A DNA stretch of 64,000 nt from Myxococcales bacterium (GTDB lineage: Bacteria > Myxococcota_A > UBA9042): assembly GCA_037441385.1 (NCBI GenBank), contig JBBISH010000006.1, positions 32,001-96,000 of the forward strand, written 5' to 3'. The position numbers and the translations under genes were made by a program. The notes beneath the pieces were generated by a model. The model worked only from the letters and a program-made list of their open reading frames with translations. It was not told the DNA's origin and did no database searches. Numbering within the stretch: position 1 is the first letter of the stretch; every line of letters starts with the position of its first letter. Of this stretch, positions 9,528 to 18,766 are shown in pieces.

Positions 9528-10907
9528 GTGGCGCAAACTGCGAGGATGGGGATGCAAACCCGCGAAGATACAGAAAAGTTCCTGGCCGATCTGGCCGAAT
9601 ACGCCCTGGGTCTGGCGACTCGCTTTGGCGCCCAACAAGCGGCGGCCAGCGTCAGCCACATGCGCGAGGTCGAGGTGGCTTGGCGCGACGGCCAGCTGGA
9701 ACGGCTTCACGAGGCGCAGTCGCGCGGACTGTCGATCGAATTGTACGTCGACGGGCGGTTTGCCAGCGTAAGCAGCAGCGACTTGCGCCGCGAGGCCTTG
9801 GAACCGCTGGTGCGCGACGGCGTGGCCATGACGCGGGCGTTGGAGCCCGACCCCTATCGGCAACTGCCGGATTCGGCTCGCTATCCCGACCCCCGGCGCG
9901 CGTTGGACGACGCCGACTTGCAGCTGAGCGACCCGCGCTATGCCGAGCTGACCGCGTTGCAACGGCGCGAGCAGGCCCAGCAGTTGGAAGAGGCCGCGCG
10001 CAGCGTGACAGGCGCGGACAAGATCCTGTCGGTGTCCACTTCGGTGTCGGACAGCCGTTCCACGGTATTTCGCTGTGACTCTCAGGGATTTCGTGGCAAG
10101 CGCCACGGGACGTCGTTTTGGCGGTCGGCCGAAGTCAGCGTGCAGGACCCCGACGGCCGCCGCCCCGAAGAAAGTGACTACCACGGCGCGCGCTTCCTGG
10201 CCGACGTGGACGCCCCGGCCCTGGTGGGGCAGCGGGCCGCCGAGCGGGCTTTGCAGCGGGTGGGCGCCGTCAAGCTGCCTTCGGGTCCGCGCACTTTGCT
10301 GGTGGATGCCCGCGTCGCCGGTCGGCTGGTCAGCGCCTTGCTGGGCCCCCTGTCGGCCGCGTCGCTGCAGCAGCAGCGCAGCTTCTACACGGGCGAACTG
10401 GGTCAAGTGATTGGCTCGCCGCTGTTGGACCTGATCGACGATCCGTTTGTGCCGCGCGGGTTTGCCTCGCGCTACTTTGATGGCGAGGGCCTGGCCAGCG
10501 AGCGACGGCCGCTGCTGCAGGCGGGGCGCGTGGCCAACTTCTTCGTCGATACCTACTACGGCCGCAAGTTGGGACGCGTCCCCACCAGTGGCCACGCCTC
10601 CAATCTCAGTTGGCGTCTGGGCGACCGCGATCAGGCCGGCCTGCTGGCCAGCGTGGACGACGGGCTGCTGGTGACCGGCTTCCTGGGCGGCAACAGCAAC
10701 GCCACCACGGGCGACTTTTCGTTGGGCATCCAAGGATTTGCCATCCGCGACGGCAAGTTGGCCGAGCCGTTTGCCGAGATGAACCTAGCCGGCTCGCACC
10801 TGACGTTCTGGCAACAGTTGGTGGCGTTGGGCAACGATCCCAACCTGCTCTCGCCCCTGCGCACCCCCACACTGGTGTTTGCCGATGCGGCGGTGGCCGG
10901 TGGGTAG
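9528..10907 (+). CDS. pmbA: TldE/PmbA subunit
   Basis: Follows tldD directly. FDGEG and NATTGDFS motifs, no HExxH. Start may instead be ATG 9546 or 9552. Confidence 0.9.
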   Translation: MAQTARMGMQTREDTEKFLADLAEYALGLATRFGAQQAAASVSHMREVEVAWRDGQLERLHEAQSRGLSIELYVDGRFASVSSSDLRREALEPLVRDGVAMTRALEPDPYRQLPDSARYPDPRRALDDADLQLSDPRYAELTALQRREQAQQLEEAARSVTGADKILSVSTSVSDSRSTVFRCDSQGFRGKRHGTSFWRSAEVSVQDPDGRRPEESDYHGARFLADVDAPALVGQRAAERALQRVGAVKLPSGPRTLLVDARVAGRLVSALLGPLSAASLQQQRSFYTGELGQVIGSPLLDLIDDPFVPRGFASRYFDGEGLASERRPLLQAGRVANFFVDTYYGRKLGRVPTSGHASNLSWRLGDRDQAGLLASVDDGLLVTGFLGGNSNATTGDFSLGIQGFAIRDGKLAEPFAEMNLAGSHLTFWQQLVALGNDPNLLSPLRTPTLVFADAAVAGG

Positions 10908-11000
10908 TTGAATCGAAAGTTGAATACTGGTGTACACTGCGGCGTATTCGGTTGAGGCGGGGCGAAGCCCCATGCGCGTCCCCAGCCCCAGGAGCCCAAA

Positions 11001-11447
11001 ATGTCCCTTGTCCGTTTGCTGGTTGTACTATGTCTGACCGCCTTGCCCGCGGCGGTCTTTGCCGACATTCGCGTCCCGGACCGGCCCGCCCCTGCCGCCG
11101 CTCGCCCGGACCCGGCCCAAGCCGACATTGTACTGGTGCGCGCCCTCCAAGCGGGGCTGGACAATTCGTTCGACAAGTACCTGGCCGAGCTGGCGCCCGA
11201 CCGCTGCGAGACGCCGGAACAGAAGTCGCAGCTGCAGCGCTATGAATTCAAGCGCTTTGCCTCGCAGGCTGCTTGGTACGTTGCCGACCCCAAGAAACCC
11301 GCGCCGCAGATCACCCAGCGCCAGAGCGCCAGCGACAAGAAGGTCAAATTGTTCGTCAAGGACTTGCGCAACAAGGATGCCATGCCGCGGCCTCTGGAAC
11401 TGACCTGGAAAGACGGCCGCTGGTGGATCACCGCCAACTCGCTTTAA
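11001..11447 (+). CDS. Small secreted hypothetical protein
   Basis: AGGAG RBS, signal peptide ending AVFA, C-terminal ELTWKDGRWWI (NTF2-like tail). Confidence 0.7.
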   Translation: MSLVRLLVVLCLTALPAAVFADIRVPDRPAPAAARPDPAQADIVLVRALQAGLDNSFDKYLAELAPDRCETPEQKSQLQRYEFKRFASQAAWYVADPKKPAPQITQRQSASDKKVKLFVKDLRNKDAMPRPLELTWKDGRWWITANSL

Positions 11448-11571
11448 GTACTTGATTAAGGTTGTATTTGTTGGCTCGATCTGGCCCCGGACCTCGCTTG
11501 ACTCGCTGCGCATACGGGCCTACCTTCCCCGTTGAGCGCGGTTGGTTTGCGTTTCGCATTCGGTTCAAGCT

Positions 11572-12504
11572 ATGGTCATGGGCGGCGCACGCGCTGGGCG
11601 CAGGTTGGCATGGTGGCTGGCGCTGGCCCTTGGCGCGCTGACCGCCTGTCGCGAAACGCCGGTGCCCACGGGGCCCACCTACACGGACCGCGAGCCCACC
11701 ACGGCCAAGCTGCGGCTGGAGTTGGCGATCCACCCCCTGCACAACCCGGTGGCGCTGTTTCGCATCTACCAACCGCTGGCCGACTACCTGAACCAGAACC
11801 AGACCGATGTGCAGGTCGTCTTGCAGGCCTCGCGGGACTACGGCGATTACTTGGCGAAAATCCGCCAGCGCGCGCCCGCCCTGTTGCTGCCCAACCCCTG
11901 GCAAACCCTGCAGGCGCAGCGCCACGGCTACCACGTGCTGGCCATGGCTGGAGATCCGCATGATTTTCGTGGCATCATGCTGGCGCGCCGCGACGACACC
12001 GAACTGAAGCACGCCACCGATTTGCGCGGCAGCACGATCGCCTACCCGGCGCCCACGGCCATCGCTGCGTGCGTCTTGCCGCAATTGTGGATGCAGAAAC
12101 AGGGCTTGATGGTGATGCGCGAAGTGACCAACCAGTACGTCGGCTCGCAAGAGGCGGCGATTTTGGCCGTGTCGCTGGGCAAGGCGCGCCTGGGCGTGAC
12201 TTGGCCGCCGCCGTGGCGGCTGTTCCAGCGCGAGCACCCGGCCGAAGCCGCGCAACTGCGCGTGGCCTTTGAAACCGAGTCGCTGCTAAACAATTCGCTG
12301 ATGGTGCGCGACGATGTGCCCGCCGCGGTGGCCGAGCGACTGCGCAACCTGGTGTTGCACCTGGGCGACACGAGCCAGGGCCAGGCACTGCTCGCCGCCA
12401 TGGAGACGTCTGCATTCCTGCCGGCCGACGACCACACCTACGCGCAAGTCAAAGAAGTGATTGACGAGTTTGAGCGCACGCTGCGTCCGGTCGAGGCACC
12501 ATGA
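11572..12504 (+). CDS. PhnD/phosphate-phosphonate-type substrate-binding lipoprotein
   Basis: Lipobox ALTA-C, HPLHNP, YQPLADYL, DLRGSTIAYP and YVGSQEAAIL. Its stop overlaps the next gene's start (ATGA). Confidence 0.8.
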   Translation: MVMGGARAGRRLAWWLALALGALTACRETPVPTGPTYTDREPTTAKLRLELAIHPLHNPVALFRIYQPLADYLNQNQTDVQVVLQASRDYGDYLAKIRQRAPALLLPNPWQTLQAQRHGYHVLAMAGDPHDFRGIMLARRDDTELKHATDLRGSTIAYPAPTAIAACVLPQLWMQKQGLMVMREVTNQYVGSQEAAILAVSLGKARLGVTWPPPWRLFQREHPAEAAQLRVAFETESLLNNSLMVRDDVPAAVAERLRNLVLHLGDTSQGQALLAAMETSAFLPADDHTYAQVKEVIDEFERTLRPVEAP

Positions 12505-14459
12505 AGCTGCCGTCGGCGTGGAGCCAGCGCCTGGCTTCGATCCGTTTTCGCCTGATCGCCGCCGTGATCGGTGTCCACGCCGTGCTCATGGTGGTTTTTG
12601 TCGCGGACTTGGTGCATCGCCAGCAAGCGTTGCTGCTGGACAACCAGCTCGAGCGCAGCCGGTTCCTGGCCGAGTCGCTGTCGCGGGCCGCCGCGCCCTG
12701 GCTGGCCAGCAATGATTACGCGGGCTTGCAAGAGTTGGTCGAGGTCCAGGCGGGCGAGGCCGATCTCTTGTTTGCCGCCATCTTGGACGACCAGGGGCAG
12801 GTGCTCGCCCACACGGACAAGAGCAAACGCGGCAAGTACTTTGAGAATTTTCAATTGCCCCAGGCTCCTCAGGTCATCACGCTCAGTAGTGCGCTCGTCG
12901 ACAGTGCCGCCCCGGTGCAGTTGGCCAAGCACACCATAGGCGCGGCCTGGGTGGGGTTGGGGCAAGAAACCAACCGGCAACGTTGGCAATCGGTGGTGCT
13001 GAGCGGCACGGCCTACGCACTGACCGCGATTCTTTGCGGTGCGGTGCTCGCTTGGCTGATGGCCCGGCGCATGGTGCGGCAGCTCGCCGACCTGCAAGCG
13101 GTGGCCGATGCCGTCCGCAACGGCGACGATCAGCGGCGCGCACCGGTCGCCGGCGGCGACGAAATCGCGACGTTGTCCAAAGAGTTCAACTTGATGCTCG
13201 ACCGCATCGACGAGCAGCGCCGCGAACTGGATCGGCACCGCAGCACGTTGGAGCAGCGCGTGGCCGAGCGGACGGGCGAGCTGCTCCACGCCAAAGAGGC
13301 GGCCGAAAGCGCGGCCCGCGCCAAGAGCACGTTCCTGGCCAACATGAGTCACGAGATCCGCACGCCGCTCAACGCGGTGCTGGGGCTGGTGCACCTAGTC
13401 AAGGCGCAGGGCGTCGCGCCCAAACAGGCCGATCAACTGACCAAGGTGGAGAAGGCGGGCCGACACCTGCTGGAAATTTTGAACAATATCCTGGATCTGT
13501 CCCGTATCGAGGCCGACAGTTTGCCGATCGAGAAGCGCGATTTTGCCCTGAACGAGGTCGTGTACACGGCGACGGCAGCGTCGGGGGTGGCCGCGGCGGC
13601 CAAGGGCCTGGAACTCACGGTCGCGATGGATGGCGTGCCCACCCAACTGCGCGGCGACCCGCTGCGGTTGAGCCAGATGCTCGTCAACTACCTGGGCAAC
13701 GCCATCAAGTTCACGGAAAAGGGCCGCATCGAGCTGCGCGGCCAGCTGGTCGACCAGACCGAAACGGCCTACCGGGTGCGCTTCGAGGTGACCGACACCG
13801 GCATCGGCGTAGAGGCCAGTGAGATCGAACGTTTGTTCCACCCGTTTGAGCAGGCTGACAACTCGACCACCCGGCGTTTTGGCGGTACGGGCCTGGGCTT
13901 GGCCATCAACCGCCGGCTGGCGGCCCTGATGGGCGGCGAGGTGGGCGCAGACAGCGAGCGCGGCCGCGGCAGCACCTTTTGGATCGAGGTATGGCTGGAC
14001 CGGCCCCAAGCGCCTGTGGCCCTGAGCTATGCCGTACGCTTCGAAGAACCGTTCCTGCGCCTCAAGCAGACCTACGCCGGCGCGCAGGTGCTGCTGGTCG
14101 AAGACGACGAACTCAATCTGGAAGTGGCGCGCGACATGCTGCTGACCGCCGGGCTCGTCGTCACCACCGCGGCGGGCGGCGCAGAGGCCGTAAGCCTGGC
14201 GGCGAGTCATCCGTTCGACACGATCCTGATGGATATCCAGATGTCCGACTTGGATGGCCTGGAGGCGACTCGGCGGATTCGCCAGTTGCCGCAGGGGGCT
14301 GCGGTGCCGATTGTGGCGCTCACCGCCAACGCCTTCGCCGAGGACCGCGCCCGCGTCCTGGCGGCCGGGATGGACGACTTTGTGGCCAAACCCATCGAGC
14401 CCGAGCAGCTGTGTCAGGTCTTGGCGCAGCAGTTCGAGCGCCGGCGCCGGGCATCGTAG
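12501..14459 (+). CDS. Hybrid sensor histidine kinase (2 TM, HAMP, HisKA, HATPase, REC)
   Basis: FLANMSHEIRTPLN, NAIKFT, DTGIG, GGTGLGL; receiver LLVEDD...LMDIQM...KP. Confidence 0.95.
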   Translation: MKLPSAWSQRLASIRFRLIAAVIGVHAVLMVVFVADLVHRQQALLLDNQLERSRFLAESLSRAAAPWLASNDYAGLQELVEVQAGEADLLFAAILDDQGQVLAHTDKSKRGKYFENFQLPQAPQVITLSSALVDSAAPVQLAKHTIGAAWVGLGQETNRQRWQSVVLSGTAYALTAILCGAVLAWLMARRMVRQLADLQAVADAVRNGDDQRRAPVAGGDEIATLSKEFNLMLDRIDEQRRELDRHRSTLEQRVAERTGELLHAKEAAESAARAKSTFLANMSHEIRTPLNAVLGLVHLVKAQGVAPKQADQLTKVEKAGRHLLEILNNILDLSRIEADSLPIEKRDFALNEVVYTATAASGVAAAAKGLELTVAMDGVPTQLRGDPLRLSQMLVNYLGNAIKFTEKGRIELRGQLVDQTETAYRVRFEVTDTGIGVEASEIERLFHPFEQADNSTTRRFGGTGLGLAINRRLAALMGGEVGADSERGRGSTFWIEVWLDRPQAPVALSYAVRFEEPFLRLKQTYAGAQVLLVEDDELNLEVARDMLLTAGLVVTTAAGGAEAVSLAASHPFDTILMDIQMSDLDGLEATRRIRQLPQGAAVPIVALTANAFAEDRARVLAAGMDDFVAKPIEPEQLCQVLAQQFERRRRAS

Positions 14460-14493
14460 AAACGCAGGTCCGCGCCCTCCCGCCCGAACCGCG

Positions 14494-16023
14494 CTACTTG
14501 GGCTGGCAGGCCTTGAACGTCGCCGAACTGGTGTCGCTGTAGGGGATGCCGGCCTGGCAAGTCCAGGTGGGGCAGTCGCCGTCGGCCTGGCACTTGGCGC
14601 CGTTGGCCGTGCACTTGCCGCCGCTGCACGCACCTTTGGCGGTGGCGCAGTCGGCGTCGTTCTGGCAGAGCGCGACGCAGCCCTTCCAGGTGCACCAGCC
14701 GGTCTGGCAGAGCGCCAACGTGCCGACGTTGGGGTCGATGTTGCACGCTTGCGACGGGACCGCGGCGGCCGTGCCGATCGGGTTGCTGACTTTGGGGCCG
14801 CAGCGAGCCTGGAAGTCCCCGTAAATTGGCGTTACGCGGCAGACCTCGCCAGGCGGGCATTCGGCCGAAGTTTGGCACGGCGAGAACGTGGTGCCCGGCA
14901 AGCAGAGCGGGTTGCTCTGGCCGGCGGTGACTTGGATGGCGCTGTACTGCTCGACGCAGCGGAAATTGCCGCCCGACGTGCCGATCGCCGCGCCCATGCA
15001 GTCGCTGGGCTGGCCCGGATCTTCGATGCCGTCGGGTCCGGGTGCGCCCGTGACGTTGTTTTGGGCGTCGGCGGCGATCTTGCATTTGCGCGTACACACG
15101 CCCTGGACGCAGTGGCCGTCTTGGCACTGGTTGTCCAGGCACTCGACGAACTGCTTTTGGGCGTACTGGCTGGCGCCAAACAGCGGCACCGGGCAGGCCT
15201 CGCTGGGACCGCACGGCTCGCCGAACTTCTTCTTTTGGCCTGGGTCGTCCAGCTTGCACTGGTTGGTAGAGCAGAACTGGTTGATTTGACAGGATCCGCA
15301 CGACTTGCTGCAGGTCGTCTTGGCAAAGCCACAGGCGATGCCGTTGCACGGGCAGTCGGCACCGCCCGAGGTGCACTTGTTGGCGGTGCAGGTTTCGCCT
15401 GGTCCACAGCTCCCGCAGTTGTTGGGGCAGGCCTTGCCGCTGCTGCCGGTCAAGACGCCGCAGACGCCGGGCTTGCAGGTGCAGCCCGGATCCGGCACGC
15501 ACTGGTACGCTTTGCACATCGAGCCGGCCGCGCAGTCGCCGCAGGTGTTTTCGCACCCAGGCAGCTGGCCGCAGCCCACGCCAGCGCACGAACAGTCAAA
15601 GGTGCAGAAGTTGTTCAGGCAAGTCATGCCTTGGTCGCAGCCGCCGCAGTCCTTGCCGCAAAATAGCTTGCCGCAATCCTGAGGGCCGCACGTGCAGTCG
15701 GGATCGGCCTCGCAGATGTTGCTTTTGCACAGCGCGCCCTTGGGGCAGTCGCCGCACTTCAGGCCGGGGCAGCCGGCTACCTCGCCGCACTCTAGGCCCG
15801 CGCAGCTGCAGGCGTCTTCGACGGGCCCCACGGTCGTCTCGCTGGCGGAGTCGGCGGCGGTCACGTCGGGTACGCTGGCGACATCGGCGGTTTGAAGTGT
15901 CGAGCCCGCGTCTTTGAACGTGAACTGCGTGGGCGACCAGCCCGAGTTCGTGGTGGCGCCGTTGCTGCACGCCAGCAGCGCCAGCACGGCTACGGCCCCG
16001 GCAAGGCATCGAAGGGCGGTCAT
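14494..16023 (-). CDS. Large cysteine-rich lipoprotein (myxobacterial disulfide-repeat type)
   Basis: Lipobox LALLA-C, Ser/Thr/Asp linker, about five tandem C-x-C...CG...CG-x-C...C modules, then further Cys-rich domains. Confidence 0.85.
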   Translation of the reverse strand: MTALRCLAGAVAVLALLACSNGATTNSGWSPTQFTFKDAGSTLQTADVASVPDVTAADSASETTVGPVEDACSCAGLECGEVAGCPGLKCGDCPKGALCKSNICEADPDCTCGPQDCGKLFCGKDCGGCDQGMTCLNNFCTFDCSCAGVGCGQLPGCENTCGDCAAGSMCKAYQCVPDPGCTCKPGVCGVLTGSSGKACPNNCGSCGPGETCTANKCTSGGADCPCNGIACGFAKTTCSKSCGSCQINQFCSTNQCKLDDPGQKKKFGEPCGPSEACPVPLFGASQYAQKQFVECLDNQCQDGHCVQGVCTRKCKIAADAQNNVTGAPGPDGIEDPGQPSDCMGAAIGTSGGNFRCVEQYSAIQVTAGQSNPLCLPGTTFSPCQTSAECPPGEVCRVTPIYGDFQARCGPKVSNPIGTAAAVPSQACNIDPNVGTLALCQTGWCTWKGCVALCQNDADCATAKGACSGGKCTANGAKCQADGDCPTWTCQAGIPYSDTSSATFKACQPK

Positions 16024-16156
16024 CGCAGATCTCCCAGGCGGGCGCTCGCCGCGGAACGCCTGCCAGCGTAGCGAAAATGCCCGTGTGGCTCAAGCTGGTT
16101 GCGCTGGTTCCCGTCCGCCCCTTGCCCTGGCGCCGCAGTCGGGCTAGGCTCGCCGC

Positions 16157-17482
16157 ATGGTCGAGGGCCGCGCCGCCATGGCCAGTGCTGTCCAAGCCGA
16201 CCTTGTCGACCGGCTGGGGCGGGCGCGCGTCTTGGTGGCCGACGAGGCGCGCAAGGTCTGCGGCCTAGAGGCCGGTGCCACGGGTCCCCTGGCGGTGGTC
16301 CGGCCGGCCAGCAGCGAACACGTCGAACATATTGTAAAAGTTGGGCGTCTCCGCCATGCCGCGGTGGTGCCGCGCGGGCGTTTTCCGGTCAGTCAGGCTG
16401 ACGAAGTGCGCGACGTGGTCGTGCTCGACGTGGGCGCCCTGCAGCGGCCGCCCTCGGTCGACATCGGCCGCCGCACGGTTACGGCGGGCGTGGGCGTCGA
16501 GCTCGGGCACATCGACCGGGTGGCGCGGCAGGCGCGGCTGTGTCTGCGCGCCGTGCCGGGCTTTGACGACGGCGAAAAACTGGGCGTGCTGTTGGCGCGC
16601 GGCGTGCCCGGCGAGCTGGGGCTGGGCGAAGGCTCGCTGTTGGGCGACGTGGTCAGCGCGCTGGTGGTGACGGGCGGCGGCCGCGTGTTGGCGGTGGGCG
16701 CGGGCGACATGCTGGCGCAGGCGCCCTGGTTGGGCGAAGGCGTAGCCAATCCTTTGGGGCAGTTGCTGGGCAGCGAAGGCCGGCTGGCGATCCTGTGCGA
16801 GGTGACCTTGCGGCTGCATCCGGCGCCCATTGCCGCATGGAGTTCGGCCGTTTTGCCGCCGACGCGCGATGCCTTGCTGGGCGCCGCGTCGCTGGTTCGC
16901 TCGCTGTACTCGGCGCGCCTGGCCGATACCGGCATCGTGCGCAGCACCGCCACGGGCCAGCAGCTGGATGTGCGGCTGGTCACCTTCCGCGGCGAGGCCG
17001 ACTTGCCGGCGGTGACCGCCCACGCCCGCGAGCTCGCCGGACGACTTGGGGTGCCGCTGAGCGATCCGGCTGCCGAGCCGCGCCGGGTCCGCCTTGGTCA
17101 GCAAGCGGGCGAGTGGCCGCTGCACGCGACGACCCAGCCCGCGTTGGAATTGCGCTTGAGCTGGCCGGACTTGCCCAGCCTGTACGACCTGACTGCGGCG
17201 CTCTATGCCGAGGCGGGTCAAACCGGCGACCGCACCTGGGTGCTGGGCGGCGACTCGGTGCTGCTGCGCTGCGGCTTTCAGTCGACTCGGCCGGAATTGC
17301 ACCCGCTGGTGACTCGGGCGGTGTTGCTGCTGGATGCCGGCGCGGCGCCCCTGGGCTTTGGTTCTCTGCTGCGTGCGGCTGGGCGCGACCGCATGCCCAC
17401 TTCGGCCAAAGTGCTGCTCACGGCGCTGCAGCGGGCCTGGGATCCTGAAGGCGTGCTGGCCAGCCGCGTCGGCGTACTGTAG
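16157..17482 (+). CDS. Divergent FAD-binding oxidoreductase (GlcD/VAO family)
   Basis: AVVRPASSEHV, VTAGVGV and LLGSEGRLAILCEVTLRL; C-terminal AWDPEGVL. Start may be 16178. Confidence 0.65.
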   Translation: MVEGRAAMASAVQADLVDRLGRARVLVADEARKVCGLEAGATGPLAVVRPASSEHVEHIVKVGRLRHAAVVPRGRFPVSQADEVRDVVVLDVGALQRPPSVDIGRRTVTAGVGVELGHIDRVARQARLCLRAVPGFDDGEKLGVLLARGVPGELGLGEGSLLGDVVSALVVTGGGRVLAVGAGDMLAQAPWLGEGVANPLGQLLGSEGRLAILCEVTLRLHPAPIAAWSSAVLPPTRDALLGAASLVRSLYSARLADTGIVRSTATGQQLDVRLVTFRGEADLPAVTAHARELAGRLGVPLSDPAAEPRRVRLGQQAGEWPLHATTQPALELRLSWPDLPSLYDLTAALYAEAGQTGDRTWVLGGDSVLLRCGFQSTRPELHPLVTRAVLLLDAGAAPLGFGSLLRAAGRDRMPTSAKVLLTALQRAWDPEGVLASRVGVL

Positions 17483-17485
17483 ATC

Positions 17486-17953
17486 CTACGTAGAGGGTAG
17501 GATTCCCGCGAAATTCTGTTGCCGCAGCGCTTCATACAGCACCAGCGTCGCAGTGTTCGACAGGTTCAGGCTGCGGATCGCGGGCAGGATCGGCACCCAC
17601 AGCGTGCTGGGCGCCAAGCGCTCGCGCAGGTCGGGCGGGAAGCCGCGGGTCTCGCCGCCAAAAATCAGAATATCGTCAGGCTGGTACGCGACCTGATCGT
17701 AGCGTTGCCCGCCGTGGGACGAAAACGCCCAGGTGCGCCGACCCGGCAGCGCGGCCAGCAGGGCGTCCAAGTCGGCGTGATGGTGCAAGCGCACGTTTTT
17801 CCAGTAGTCCAGGCCGGCGCGCCGCACGTACTTTTCGTCCAGCGAGAAGCCGAGCTTGCCCACCAGGTGCAGATCCGTGCCGGTGCCGACGCAGACGCGG
17901 CCAATGCTGCCGGTGTTGCCAGGGATTTCGGGTTCGATGAGTGCGATGTGCAT
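17486..17953 (-). CDS. trmL: tRNA (cytidine/uridine34-2'-O)-methyltransferase
   Basis: EPEIPGNTGSIGR, RRAGLDYW, FGGETRG and RSLNLSN. Confidence 0.95.
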   Translation of the reverse strand: MHIALIEPEIPGNTGSIGRVCVGTGTDLHLVGKLGFSLDEKYVRRAGLDYWKNVRLHHHADLDALLAALPGRRTWAFSSHGGQRYDQVAYQPDDILIFGGETRGFPPDLRERLAPSTLWVPILPAIRSLNLSNTATLVLYEALRQQNFAGILPST

Positions 17954-17968
17954 GCTGGTGGGTCTAAC

Positions 17969-18760
17969 CTAGAAGTAGTAGCAGAAGCCCGCGCCCCCGG
18001 CGTAGCTGCCGGACGTGCCCAGCCAGGTCTCGCCGGCGGCCATGTGGCTGGTGATGGTGGTACTGGGGTACTCGGGCAGGCGTCCGCGCGCCAGGCCGAT
18101 GGCGATTTGGCCGTAGAACGAGGCGTTGTCGGTCAAGAAGGCCTCGCCAACCAGCGGGATCTCCACGCCCCAGCGCATGGCCGGACTGCTGACGATCGGT
18201 GTGGCGCTGGCCGAGGTCGACGCGCCCGCCGAAGAGACGTTGACGGTGGCTTCGGTCAGGGTTTGCGTCGTCGTCTGCAACCACGGGCGCAGGCCCAGCG
18301 ACAAGCTGGCGCGCGGACCATCGGCAATGCGGTACAGCATCCCCACGGCGACCCGCAAGTACGACAAGTCCAGCGTGGCGCTGCAGTTGGTGGTCGACGA
18401 CGCGGCGGCGCCGATCTCTTTGGCCGCGGTAAGGCAGCCTTGCGCGGCCTGCAGCGTGGGCGTGGCTTGTCCAGCCTTGGGCGGCAGCACTTGGCCGGCC
18501 TGCACCGACACGGGGTCCAAGTCGCGCTGCGTCGACTGCCAGCCAACCATCAGCTCAAAGGCCACCTTGGTGCGCCAATAGCGGATCACGGCGAGCGGCA
18601 TGCCCTGGCCGCTCAGCCCCATGCCGACACCGATTTTTCCTGTCATGTCGCGGGCAAAAGCGGTATTCGCCGCCAGCGTCGCCGCCACGGCCGCCAGCAC
18701 CGCGGACCACCGTCGCAGGCTCTGGCCGGTCACGACAAGGTTGGGGGGGCGTGCTAGCAT
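17969..18760 (-). CDS. Putative small outer-membrane beta-barrel protein
   Basis: Signal peptide ending AFA, RDMTGKIGVG, amphipathic strands, terminal aromatic residues (GFCYYF). Confidence 0.6.
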   Translation of the reverse strand: MLARPPNLVVTGQSLRRWSAVLAAVAATLAANTAFARDMTGKIGVGMGLSGQGMPLAVIRYWRTKVAFELMVGWQSTQRDLDPVSVQAGQVLPPKAGQATPTLQAAQGCLTAAKEIGAAASSTTNCSATLDLSYLRVAVGMLYRIADGPRASLSLGLRPWLQTTTQTLTEATVNVSSAGASTSASATPIVSSPAMRWGVEIPLVGEAFLTDNASFYGQIAIGLARGRLPEYPSTTITSHMAAGETWLGTSGSYAGGAGFCYYF

Positions 18761-18766
18761 CGCGCC

